The notes: a model not told the origin generated them from the sequence alone. Positions 53,913 through 63,049 are shown, numbered from the stretch's first letter. The stretch: 64,000 nt of DNA from Alphaproteobacteria bacterium (GCA_965216755.1 CBDCGL010000011.1:2592001-2656000), one strand, 5' to 3'. A program made the numbers and translations.

Positions 53913-53991
53913 GGCTGGCGCGTTTAACCCATCTGCCGATGGTTGGCAACCGACGCGCCTGCGGCACGCGTCCCCGGGCCGCTGACCAGCG

Positions 53992-54525
53992 CTAGCTACC
54001 GGAGCGCGCCATCACCACAGCATGGCCTTCAATCACGGTTTTGCTGCCGACCGTGCAGACGGTATCCAACTTGGCCCACTTCTTTTCAGGGTACAATTCG
54101 GCGACGGTCGCCCGTGCGACCACGGTATCGCCGGCCCTGACCGGGGCACGAAACCGCAAATCTTGGCTGACATAAATGACCCCGGGCCCGGGCAGTTTGG
54201 TGCCGAGCACGGTCGAAATCAGCGTTGCCGACAGCATACCGTGGGCGATCGTGCCACGAAATCTCGTCTGCGCGGCATATTCGTGGTTCAAGTGGATGGG
54301 ATTGGTATCGCCGGAAATACCGCAAAACAGAACAATGTCGCTTTCGGTGATAGTGCGGCTATAGATGGCGGTCATGCCGACCGTCAGGTCTTCAAACGCA
54401 AGCCCGTCGAGCTCTGGCGCATAGGCGGCGAAGTCGCCGTCAGAAACGGCACGTGTCGCGCCCTTACCGTTTCCGGTTGGCGCCTGCGGCGCCGCACGGT
54501 TGTCTGCGGGAACGCCGTCCGACAT
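53992..54525 (-). CDS. MaoC family dehydratase (PhaJ-like (R)-enoyl-CoA hydratase)
   Basis: SGDTNPIH, IAHGML, LPGPG, F.APV..GD; RBS GAGGGG. Confidence 0.9.
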   Translation of the reverse strand: MSDGVPADNRAAPQAPTGNGKGATRAVSDGDFAAYAPELDGLAFEDLTVGMTAIYSRTITESDIVLFCGISGDTNPIHLNHEYAAQTRFRGTIAHGMLSATLISTVLGTKLPGPGVIYVSQDLRFRAPVRAGDTVVARATVAELYPEKKWAKLDTVCTVGSKTVIEGHAVVMARSGS

Positions 54526-54556
54526 GATATGATCCCCTCTCCGGCTTATCTATTGT

Positions 54557-54637
54557 TGCAACGCAATATATATGTGCGCTGCAGCATGGGCAAGCATTCA
54601 GGCTTATAACGTCTCAGCAACCGCACGTTGCAATGCA
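54557..54637. promoter_or_regulatory. Three TGC-N3-GCA motifs (PhaR-like operators)
   Basis: TGCAACGCA (54557-54565), TGCGCTGCA (54575-54583) and TGCAATGCA (54629-54637) in the intergenic region upstream of the MaoC gene. Confidence 0.55.
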
Positions 54638-54699
54638 ATATTCGGGCCATAGCAGCGAGGTCGGCAGCACGTTCGGAACAGGTCGATCCTAGCGCGGAA

Positions 54700-55305
54700 A
54701 TGACAACAGGAAATAAAGATGGCGGGGCCAGCCGGCGGCGCCGGGCGCTGGCAGTGGCGTTTGGCGCGCTTGTCCTCGGCGCCGCAGCGGGTGCTTGGCA
54801 CATGATAGGCCCGTCCGGCCCACCCCCCAACGCGCGGGCGATTTTTTTGGACCTGCACCGCAATATCTACACCGCCTTTGACGAGCAGACTGAAAGTGCC
54901 GTTTATGACGTGCTCAGTCGCAGTGTCGATGGGCCGCTGATGTCGAAACTCTATAACGAAGTCTACCAAAGCTTGGTACGCCAGGATCTGGGTGGCGCCA
55001 TCAGTCGGGTCAGTTCGGTGACGGTGATGTCAACCGACATCGCGGCATCGACCCGCGCCGATGTGCCGGGCGCCAATCCGTTCGATGTCAAGGCGTTGTG
55101 GTTGGTGGTTGGCCATGTCACCCATGAAAGCCACACCCACGCGCGGCTCAACCGCTATGAAGGCGTGTTTACGATCGCCGACATCGACGGCGATTGGAAA
55201 ATTGTCGATGATCGGATCTTGTCGCAAACGCGTCTGTCCGATGATCAAGCCCCGGTCGCCGCACCGACCAGCGACGCGGCAACCGCGCCTGGACCGACGC
55301 CATGA
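54700..55305 (+). CDS. Hypothetical membrane-anchored His-rich protein
   Basis: One N-terminal TM after RRRR; NIY.AFD; GHVTHESHTH; WKIV end. Stop overlaps the ABC ATPase ATG. Confidence 0.75.
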   Translation: MTTGNKDGGASRRRRALAVAFGALVLGAAAGAWHMIGPSGPPPNARAIFLDLHRNIYTAFDEQTESAVYDVLSRSVDGPLMSKLYNEVYQSLVRQDLGGAISRVSSVTVMSTDIAASTRADVPGANPFDVKALWLVVGHVTHESHTHARLNRYEGVFTIADIDGDWKIVDDRILSQTRLSDDQAPVAAPTSDAATAPGPTP

Positions 55306-55961
55306 TCACGATTGATCAGCTGTCTTTTGCCTATGGCGGCCACGGATTTCAACTGGACGTGCCGGCACTGACCATTGCCGACGGCGAGAAATTGGCGTTG
55401 ATCGGGCCCAGTGGCTGCGGCAAGACGACTCTGGCCCATTTGATCGCGGGCATCTTGGTGCCGCACGCGGGCACGATCACGGTGCGCGATACGGTGATCA
55501 ACCACATCGACGATGCCGCGCGCCGGCGTTTTCGGCTGACGCATATCGGATTTGTGTTTCAGCAGTTCGCCTTGCTCGACTATATTACATGTTATGATAA
55601 TATTACGCTGCCAAATTACATTGGTTTCGATGCGGCCGGCCCGCGCGCTGGCGCCGGGGTCGTGCAGAAGCTGGCCGACGGCCTGGGGATAGGCGACAAG
55701 CTCAACCGGTTGCCCGGCACGCTGTCACATGGCGAGCGGCAACGGGTGGCGATCGCCCGCGCACTGCTGTATGCGCCACCACTGGTGATCGCCGACGAAC
55801 CCACCGGCAATTTGGATCCCGAAAACGCACGCGCGATCATGACTTTGATCCACGCGCATGTGGACGCGGCCAAATGTACGCTGCTGATGGTCACGCATAA
55901 CCATGATTTGCTCGACGGTTTCGACCGTGTCATCGATGTCACCCGGCTGCGGGCACCGTGA
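55302..55961 (+). CDS. ABC ATP-binding protein (LolD/MacB-like)
   Basis: GPSGCGKT, IGFVFQQF.LL, LSHGERQRVAIARAL, ADEPTGNLD. Confidence 0.92.
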   Translation: MITIDQLSFAYGGHGFQLDVPALTIADGEKLALIGPSGCGKTTLAHLIAGILVPHAGTITVRDTVINHIDDAARRRFRLTHIGFVFQQFALLDYITCYDNITLPNYIGFDAAGPRAGAGVVQKLADGLGIGDKLNRLPGTLSHGERQRVAIARALLYAPPLVIADEPTGNLDPENARAIMTLIHAHVDAAKCTLLMVTHNHDLLDGFDRVIDVTRLRAP

Positions 55962-57187
55962 CGCCGATGCGCGCGGCCCTATACCTGGCATGGCGGCATA
56001 TCGCCTTTTATCGCGGGCGCAGCGCGATTTTGGTGGTGGCGCTTGCGATCACCGTGTTCCTGCCATTGGCGGTGCAGCGCTTGATCGACCATTACGGCGC
56101 GGCCTTGGTTGAACGCGCCCAAGCGACGCCGTTGGTGGTCGGCGCCAAGGGCAATCGCTACGACCTGGTTCTGAAAAGCCTCTATTTCGACACACCCTAT
56201 GATGAACAGATCAGCCGCGCCGATGTCGCGACGATCAAGGCGCGCGATTACGGTGCCGCCATCCCCCTTCACGTTCGCTACACCGCCCATAAATATGTTG
56301 ACACGTCGGCAAGCGCCGCCTGGCTGGAGAGCGCCGCCGTGGTCGGCACCGACTTCGGCTATTTCGACTTTCGGCGCCTGACGATGGCCGCCGGCACCTT
56401 GCCGCTGTTGTTGGGCGACGCGGTGGCGGGCGCCGGCACGGCCGATCGCTTGGGCCTGGGTCCTGGCGACAGCGTGCTGACTGATCCCGTCGGCGCCTAC
56501 GACCCGGCACGCAGCTTTCAGCTGAAAATGCCGATCGTCGGCGTGCTCGCCGAGACCGGAACGCCTGACGACGACGCGATTTTCGTCGATGTCAAGACCG
56601 CCTGGGTGATCGACGGCATCGGCCACGGCCACACCGATGTCTCCACAACCGAGACCAGAGCGCCCATCGATGTCGCGCGCAGCACTGACAAAAACACCGT
56701 GACCACCCCAGCTTATGTCGCCTATCAGGAAATTACCGACGCCAATCGCGGCAGTTTCCATTTCCATGGGCCAGCCGAAACCTTTCCATTGACCGCGGTC
56801 ATCCTGCGCCCTCGTGACGCCAAGGCCGAGACCATTGCGCGCGGCTGGTACAATCTTCACCAAACCCGCGATTTGTTGGTCCCCAGCGAGGTGATCGATG
56901 AATTGCTCGGCCTGGTGTTTCGGATTAAACGCTTTTTCGATGCCAATGTGGCGATGGTGTCGATCGCCATGGCCCTGCTGGTGTCGTTGGTTGTGATGCT
57001 CAGCTACCGCTTGCGCAAACCGGAACTCGACACGATGTTTCGCCTGGGGTGCGCCCGCGCGACAGCGTTTCGTTTGCTGGCCACCGAGCTGGCCATCCTG
57101 GTCGTTGCCAGCTTGGCATTGGCCTATCTGGGTGCGGTGGCCGTGACCGCGTTGGCGCCGGCACTGATCGGCGGTGGTGTAATTTGA
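55958..57187 (+). CDS. ABC permease, MacB/FtsX-type with large periplasmic domain
   Basis: TM1, then about 280 aa of soluble domain (LVVGAKG, IVGVL..TGTPDD.AIFV, GIGHGH), then C-terminal TMs with R..E...M..LG. Confidence 0.8.
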   Translation: MTPMRAALYLAWRHIAFYRGRSAILVVALAITVFLPLAVQRLIDHYGAALVERAQATPLVVGAKGNRYDLVLKSLYFDTPYDEQISRADVATIKARDYGAAIPLHVRYTAHKYVDTSASAAWLESAAVVGTDFGYFDFRRLTMAAGTLPLLLGDAVAGAGTADRLGLGPGDSVLTDPVGAYDPARSFQLKMPIVGVLAETGTPDDDAIFVDVKTAWVIDGIGHGHTDVSTTETRAPIDVARSTDKNTVTTPAYVAYQEITDANRGSFHFHGPAETFPLTAVILRPRDAKAETIARGWYNLHQTRDLLVPSEVIDELLGLVFRIKRFFDANVAMVSIAMALLVSLVVMLSYRLRKPELDTMFRLGCARATAFRLLATELAILVVASLALAYLGAVAVTALAPALIGGGVI

Positions 57188-57202
57188 CGGGGATCTGAAA
57201 AC

Positions 57203-58120
57203 ATGTGGCTGCGTTGCTGTCGACTTATTTGGGGCCTGGGGTTGGCCGCGTGCCTTGCGGCCACTGCCGCCAGGGCCGCTGGCGATCGTCCGATCATTTA
57301 TACGTCGTTTTATCCCACCGAATATTTCGCCGCGCGCATTGCGCAGCCGCTGGCCGATGTGATCAATGCATTACCCGATGGTGCCGACCCGATCTTCTGG
57401 GTGCCGGATCGCGCGACATTGGCCGCTCTGCAACAAGCGGACTTGATTCTTTTGAACGGCGCCGGCCTGGAGCGGTGGACCGACCTGGTCACATTGCCGG
57501 AAGACCGGACCATCGTCACGGCGATGCCATTTGAGGATCAGTGGCTGCGTTACGAAAACGCCGTCACCCACAGCCACGGCACGGATGGCGAGCACAGTCA
57601 TGAAGGGCTGGACGGCCACACCTGGCTGGACCCGGTCTTGGCCAAAGCGCAGGCGGAGTCCATTCGATCCGCCCTTGTGGCACGCTTTCCAGACCATGCC
57701 GATGCGTTCGCCGCCGGTTATGCGCGGCTTGCCGCTGATCTTGATCAATTGGATGACGCGCTTACGGCGTTGGCGGCAACAGTACAAGACACGCCTCTTT
57801 TTATGTCACACCCGGCCTACAATTACATCGCCCGGCGCTACGGCTGGAATTTCGTCAATTTGGATCTCGACCCAGAGGTCATGCCGTCCGAGGAAGACTT
57901 GGCCGCCATCCGCGTGCGACAGCAGGCGCACCCCGCATCAATTCTGATCTGGGAAAGCGCCCCCCAACACGCCGTCGCTGACCGATTTCACCAGGAACTG
58001 GGCGTGCAAAGCGTTGTGTTCACACCGGCCGAAAACCCGGACGGCATGGCTGACTATCTCGCCATCATGGCCGGCAATATCGAACGGCTGCGGACCGCAA
58101 TCGCCGCGCTCTCCTCGTAA
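57203..58120 (+). CDS. Metal ABC substrate-binding protein (ZnuA/TroA family)
   Basis: Signal peptide, TSFYP, NGAGLE.W, HSHGTDGEHSH, GHTWLDP, SHPAYNY..RRYG. Confidence 0.88.
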   Translation: MWLRCCRLIWGLGLAACLAATAARAAGDRPIIYTSFYPTEYFAARIAQPLADVINALPDGADPIFWVPDRATLAALQQADLILLNGAGLERWTDLVTLPEDRTIVTAMPFEDQWLRYENAVTHSHGTDGEHSHEGLDGHTWLDPVLAKAQAESIRSALVARFPDHADAFAAGYARLAADLDQLDDALTALAATVQDTPLFMSHPAYNYIARRYGWNFVNLDLDPEVMPSEEDLAAIRVRQQAHPASILIWESAPQHAVADRFHQELGVQSVVFTPAENPDGMADYLAIMAGNIERLRTAIAALSS

Positions 58121-58201
58121 TGCGTCCAAACAGGGTGATTGCCTTCCGCGCACGCCGCGCCGATCATGGTCGCGGAGTCGCTTTGCAAATGAGAGGACGC
58201 C

Positions 58202-59008
58202 ATGGCCGATCGATTGAAAGACAAAGCGGCGGTGGTCACCGGCGCTGGTGCCATCGGCCCGGGCTGGGGCAACGGCAAGGCTGTCGCGACATTGTTCGCA
58301 CGCGAAGGGGCGCACGTGTTCGCCATCGACATCAACGAGGGCGCCGCTCTTGAAACCAAGGCTATCATCGAGGCCGAAGGCGGCACCTGCCGCGCCCACC
58401 AGGCCGATGTCACCGACAGCGACGCCATCGCGCACGCCGTAGAGGCCTGCATCGCTGCGTATGGCGGCGTCGACGTGCTGCACAACAATGTCGGCATTGT
58501 GATCGATGGTGGCCCCGTCGAAACCGCGGAAGACGATTGGGAACGCGGCGTGCGCGTCAACCTGAAAAGCGCCTATCTGATGTGTAAGCATGTGTTGCCG
58601 GCGATGGAATCGCGCGGCGGCGGCAGCATTATCAATGTCTCGTCAACGGCGGGAATCCGTTGGATGAACGTGCCCTATACGGTCTATGCCGCGACCAAGG
58701 CCGCTCTGCTGGGGCTGACCCACAATGTCGCCGGCCAATATGCCGCCAGAAACATCCGCTGCAATGCCATTCTGCCGGGCATTATCGACACGCCGCTCTT
58801 GCGTAAGATGCTGGCGGACATTTACGCCGCCGAAGACATCCCGGCGCTGATTGAACGACGCGACAGCCACATTCCCATGCGTCGCATGGGCGATGCGTGG
58901 GATGTTGCCTATGCCGCACTGTATCTGGCTTCCGACGAGGCCAAATATGTCACCGGCGCCCAGCTCGCCGTTGATGGCGGCATGAGCATCAGCGCCATGT
59001 CCGGATAA
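58202..59008 (+). CDS. Short-chain dehydrogenase/reductase
   Basis: TGAG...G.G, NNVG, NVSS, YAATK, PG.IDTP; RBS GAGG. Confidence 0.93.
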   Translation: MADRLKDKAAVVTGAGAIGPGWGNGKAVATLFAREGAHVFAIDINEGAALETKAIIEAEGGTCRAHQADVTDSDAIAHAVEACIAAYGGVDVLHNNVGIVIDGGPVETAEDDWERGVRVNLKSAYLMCKHVLPAMESRGGGSIINVSSTAGIRWMNVPYTVYAATKAALLGLTHNVAGQYAARNIRCNAILPGIIDTPLLRKMLADIYAAEDIPALIERRDSHIPMRRMGDAWDVAYAALYLASDEAKYVTGAQLAVDGGMSISAMSG

Positions 59009-59034
59009 AACCACAGGATTGGGAGAACGTCGCC

Positions 59035-60180
59035 ATGGTTGCCATCGCAAGTATCAAAGCCAGCGCCCATTCCTGCGTGTTCGATCGCGATGTGGTGCGC
59101 CTTGGCCTCGGCGCCAACGTCAAACGTGACACGGTGATCGTGATTGTCACCGCTGACGACGGCACGGTCGGCATTGGCGAGGCCCATCATGGCCAAAATG
59201 CCACCGCCATGGCCGAGGTCATCGAGGCCGGCCTTGGCTCGTTGATCATCGGCGCGGACCCGTTTGATACCGAAGGCATTTGGGCCAAGCTGTGGCGGCA
59301 ACAGATCGTCACCCACGGTTTGGGCGCCGGCAGCGTCATGGCCCTATCCGGAATTGACGTCGCCCTATGGGACTTGAAAGGCAAGTTGCTGAGCCAACCA
59401 GTTTATCGCTTGCTCGGCGGCGCGCGCAAACGGATCCGCGCCTATGCCGGCGGGCTCAGCCTTGGCTTTCAGCCGCTCGATACATTGGAGCACGAAGTCG
59501 CGGGCCTGTTGGACCAAGGCTACACGGCGATCAAAATGCGCGTTGGCGACACGCCAGCCAAGGACGCCGAGCGGGTCGGTCACATCCGCGAGACTTTCGG
59601 CGACTATCTCGACATCGCCGTCGACGCCGCGACACGTTACACCGTCATGGATCTGCCCGACGTCCTGCGCTATTGCGAGGCCAACCGGGTTTATTGGCTG
59701 GAAGAGCCGTTCGCGCCGGACAACGTCCCGGCCTATCAAGAGCTACGTCGGCGCACCAACATTCCGATCGCGGCCGGTGAGAACCACTATACCCGCCAGG
59801 CGTTCCGCGACCTGTTCGAAGCCCGCGCGATTTCCATCTGCCAAGCCGATTGCATGAAAACCGGCGGCCTGACCGAGCTTAAGAAAATCGCCGACATGGC
59901 CGCCGCATGGCACATCCCCTTGGCGCCGCACACCAGCCACAGCGTGATCTCCATGGCCGCCAACGCCCATTTGCTGAGCGCGGTGTCGAACGGCCTGATC
60001 TATGAAGCCGATGTGGCCAAGGTCAATCCATTCCGCACGGACCTGGCCAAACCGGCCCTGACTGTGGTCGACGGCCATATCGAACCGCCGGACGCGCCCG
60101 GCTTGGGCCTGACCATCGACCAGGCTGTTCTCGACGCCCACCCCGGCGTCGCCGGCCCGTGTTATATTCCCGGCGCTTAG
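59035..60180 (+). CDS. Mandelate racemase / muconate lactonizing enzyme family protein
   Basis: SGIDVALWDLKGK, KMR, metal ligands VDA/WLEEP/AGE, PGLG. Confidence 0.92.
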   Translation: MVAIASIKASAHSCVFDRDVVRLGLGANVKRDTVIVIVTADDGTVGIGEAHHGQNATAMAEVIEAGLGSLIIGADPFDTEGIWAKLWRQQIVTHGLGAGSVMALSGIDVALWDLKGKLLSQPVYRLLGGARKRIRAYAGGLSLGFQPLDTLEHEVAGLLDQGYTAIKMRVGDTPAKDAERVGHIRETFGDYLDIAVDAATRYTVMDLPDVLRYCEANRVYWLEEPFAPDNVPAYQELRRRTNIPIAAGENHYTRQAFRDLFEARAISICQADCMKTGGLTELKKIADMAAAWHIPLAPHTSHSVISMAANAHLLSAVSNGLIYEADVAKVNPFRTDLAKPALTVVDGHIEPPDAPGLGLTIDQAVLDAHPGVAGPCYIPGA

Positions 60181-60191
60181 TGGAATAATAA

Positions 60192-60575
60192 TCAGCCGGC
60201 CGCGTCAATGTCCTCGAACACCTGGCGGGCAATACGGAAGCTGTCGATGGCCGCCGGCACGCCACAGTAAATCGCGGATTGCAGCAGGATTTCGCGGATT
60301 TCGTCGCGCGTTACCCCGTTTTGCAGGGCGCCGCGGAGATGGAGTCTGATCTCGTGCGGCCGGTTGAGCGCGGTGAGCATGGCCAAGTTCAACATGCTGC
60401 GGGTCTTTTTCGGCAGGCCCGGCCGGCCCCACACCGCGCCCCAGCAATATTCGGTGACCAATTCCTGCATCGGCCGATTGAAATCGTCGGCTTTGGCGAT
60501 TTGCCCGTCGACATAGTCGGCGCCGAGCACGCTCTTGCGGATGCTCAGGCCTTTATCAAACATTTCTTGGTCCAC
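60192..60575 (-). CDS. Carboxymuconolactone decarboxylase family protein
   Basis: G...RK.VLG..YV, YCWG.VW.RPGL, H.RGA..NG, IYCGVPA; GTG start. Confidence 0.9.
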   Translation of the reverse strand: MDQEMFDKGLSIRKSVLGADYVDGQIAKADDFNRPMQELVTEYCWGAVWGRPGLPKKTRSMLNLAMLTALNRPHEIRLHLRGALQNGVTRDEIREILLQSAIYCGVPAAIDSFRIARQVFEDIDAAG

Positions 60576-60637
60576 GTCCCAGCCCTCTCACTCTGTGCGC
60601 ATAATAGAGGCGGACGTTACCATGACGGCGGTCGGCG

Positions 60638-60679
60638 GGTCAGCCGCCGCGGCGCATCATCGCCAGGTCAGCCGCCGCG
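60638..60679. repeat. 14-bp direct repeat GGTCAGCCGCCGCG
   Basis: Copies at 60638-60651 and 60666-60679; the second contains the cytochrome c stop codon. Confidence 0.6.
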
Positions 60680-61117
60680 CCCCGGTATCGTGAACAACAG
60701 CTGTTCATCAGCGTCGTGAACAAAGGCGAAGATGTCGGCCAATTCTTCGCCCGTAATCGTGATCTGGTAGCCCAAGTCCTTTTTCTGCAGCGCGATCATG
60801 TCGGACGCGCCGGTCCACATGCGTGCGGAGAACTCGAACGGATTGGCGAGACTTGGTTGACGATAGGCGTCCAAGGCGGGCGCCGCCTGTCCGCCGACAC
60901 CGTTGACCGAATGGCAAATCACGCAACCCTTGGCCGCAAACAAGATTCGCCCTTCACGCGCATCCATGGCCGGTAATTCCACATCGACGCCATCGCTGTC
61001 GCCAAGCAAGTCACCTTCCAACACGTCTTGTCCGAACGCGGGCAGCGTCATGCCAACCAGTGCCAACAGCGCAAGTGCTTGTCCAATGCCGCGCTGACAG
61101 TTCGTAGATCGTGCCAT
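60668..61117 (-). CDS. Monoheme c-type cytochrome, periplasmic
   Basis: Signal peptide, single CVICH motif, downstream Met residues; RBS GAGGTG. Confidence 0.85.
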   Translation of the reverse strand: MARSTNCQRGIGQALALLALVGMTLPAFGQDVLEGDLLGDSDGVDVELPAMDAREGRILFAAKGCVICHSVNGVGGQAAPALDAYRQPSLANPFEFSARMWTGASDMIALQKKDLGYQITITGEELADIFAFVHDADEQLLFTIPGRGG

Positions 61118-61318
61118 GATCACCTCAATTTTCTTGATACTGTGCAAATGTTGGCACAGTTCGAAACGAAGCGCATCCGATTGCATCGCAATCACGATGT
61201 TACACCGACATTACAGATGGACTTCGGCAGCGCCGAAAATTAAAAGATACCGGCGTAAAAGGCTTTCCCATACACGCCTAGATTGGCCAGAACGCAAAGG
61301 TTCGTGAGGAGAATTTCC

Positions 61319-63049
61319 ATGCAACGATTTGTCGCTCTTTGGGCCGCTTTCGCTTTGGTGACCGGTGTCGCCGTGGCTGACGCCCAAGAGGCCACGCCGT
61401 CAGGTGTCTATCTTATTTATGATGCTTCCAACTCCATGTGGGGTGAATTGCCGGATAAGTCGCGAAAATACGCGGTTGCGCGCAAAGTTCTCGATGACTT
61501 CCTGGGCCAAGAGTTCGCCGGCCGTGTGACTGCTTTGCGTATCTATGGCCACAACAACAAGAGCGACTGCCAGGACACGCAACTGATGGTGCCGTTCGCC
61601 GCTGCGGCCGAAAATGCGAACGCCATGCGCACGGCCATCGAATCGGCGCGCCCGACCGGTAAGACACCCATCACCCAGTCACTGCGTGCCGCGCGTCAGG
61701 ACTTCGGCGACCGCGGCGGCGACATTTTGTTGATCACCGACGGAATCGAGACGTGCGACATCGACCCGTGCGACCTGGTGGCCGCGTGGCGTGATGCCCG
61801 CATCGGCTTGCGCGTGCACGTGGTCGGCTTGGGGTTGGACGCCGATGTGAAATCGGCCATGAGCTGTGTTGCGGAGACGTCCGGTGGTCGCTATGCGGAT
61901 GCCGACTCGGCCGACAGCTTGACGGCCGCCCTGAACACGGTTCGCAGCGCCGCATTGGCGCCGGCACAGCCCGAAGCGCCGACCACCGAGACGGCTACCT
62001 CTGAGCCGGATGCCGACACGGGTGCCGACACAGGTGCCGCCGAACAAGCCGACGTGACGACGGCCGCGGCCATGACCGAAACTGCGCCCACCGAGCCGTC
62101 GCGCTTGAAACTCGTGGTTCTGGATCAAGACGGTCGCCGCTATTTCGACGTGGCGGCGCTGATCAAGACCGAAGGCCGCGCACAATACAAACTGGCGCTG
62201 TTTGGCGATAATGAAGTCGCGCCCGGTGATCATCAAATCACGGTCGGCATCAGAACCGCGGACGGCAGCCTTTACGCGCCGGTCACCCAAACGGTGGCGG
62301 TGCGCCGCCCCGGCGTAACCACGGCCTATATGAAAGTGAAGCGGCCACCAACCGTCAGCGCACGTTTTGTCAAGGACGGCGCCGATACCCCGGGCGCGAA
62401 AATCACCGCTTACAAGGATGGCGAACGCGCGTTCCGTTTTGATCCCGCCGAAACCGTGTATGCGGCACCCGGTGATTATGAGTTTCGCGCCCAACCCGAC
62501 GCCAACAATGATCTGACCGTCGCGGCAACACTGGAACCGACGACGGACGCGCGGTTGACCTTCGACGTAATCGACCCGGTTCAAGTCGCGTTCGCCTATA
62601 AATTGTCGGGCGGTGAAACCGTACTGCGCGATACCGAACTGTGGCAGGGCGGCGAGAAGATCTATGGTGTCGCTGCCGAAGGCGGCGGCCCGGTGATGCC
62701 GGGCGTCTACGACCTGGTCGCGCTCGACAAATTAGCCCCCTACGCAATCGACAAGATCGAAGTCAAGAACGAGCCCGACCAAACGCTGGAGTTGCCCGTT
62801 GACGTCGGGTACGTCATCGTTTGGTACGACCCCTCAGGGATCTACAAACGCGCGCCCGCGCGCGCCTTTATCCGTGCTGAATCGCAAAAAGGCCTATCGG
62901 GCGAAATCACGCCAGATACGCCGCTGGCGCTATTGCCTGGCGAGTACACAGTGCAGGGCTGGAGCCTGGCGGGTACGTTCGCCCCGGTCAAGGTCAGCGT
63001 CGGGGTCGGTGAAACCGTCAGCGTGGGACTAAAACCGACCCGCGATTAG
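61319..63049 (+). CDS. Secreted von Willebrand factor A domain protein
   Basis: Signal peptide, MIDAS DASNS...T...ITDG, Ala/Thr/acidic linker, beta-rich C-terminus; RBS GAGGAG. Confidence 0.85.
   Translation: MQRFVALWAAFALVTGVAVADAQEATPSGVYLIYDASNSMWGELPDKSRKYAVARKVLDDFLGQEFAGRVTALRIYGHNNKSDCQDTQLMVPFAAAAENANAMRTAIESARPTGKTPITQSLRAARQDFGDRGGDILLITDGIETCDIDPCDLVAAWRDARIGLRVHVVGLGLDADVKSAMSCVAETSGGRYADADSADSLTAALNTVRSAALAPAQPEAPTTETATSEPDADTGADTGAAEQADVTTAAAMTETAPTEPSRLKLVVLDQDGRRYFDVAALIKTEGRAQYKLALFGDNEVAPGDHQITVGIRTADGSLYAPVTQTVAVRRPGVTTAYMKVKRPPTVSARFVKDGADTPGAKITAYKDGERAFRFDPAETVYAAPGDYEFRAQPDANNDLTVAATLEPTTDARLTFDVIDPVQVAFAYKLSGGETVLRDTELWQGGEKIYGVAAEGGGPVMPGVYDLVALDKLAPYAIDKIEVKNEPDQTLELPVDVGYVIVWYDPSGIYKRAPARAFIRAESQKGLSGEITPDTPLALLPGEYTVQGWSLAGTFAPVKVSVGVGETVSVGLKPTRD

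Noticed and set aside
54601-54612. TATAAC half-site as a Zur box for the metal-ABC operon
   Set aside because: The matching inverted half-site is missing.
61134-61147. TTGATACTGTGCAA as an FNR box before the cytochrome c gene
   Set aside because: Two mismatches in one half, and it abuts the RBS; too weak to call.
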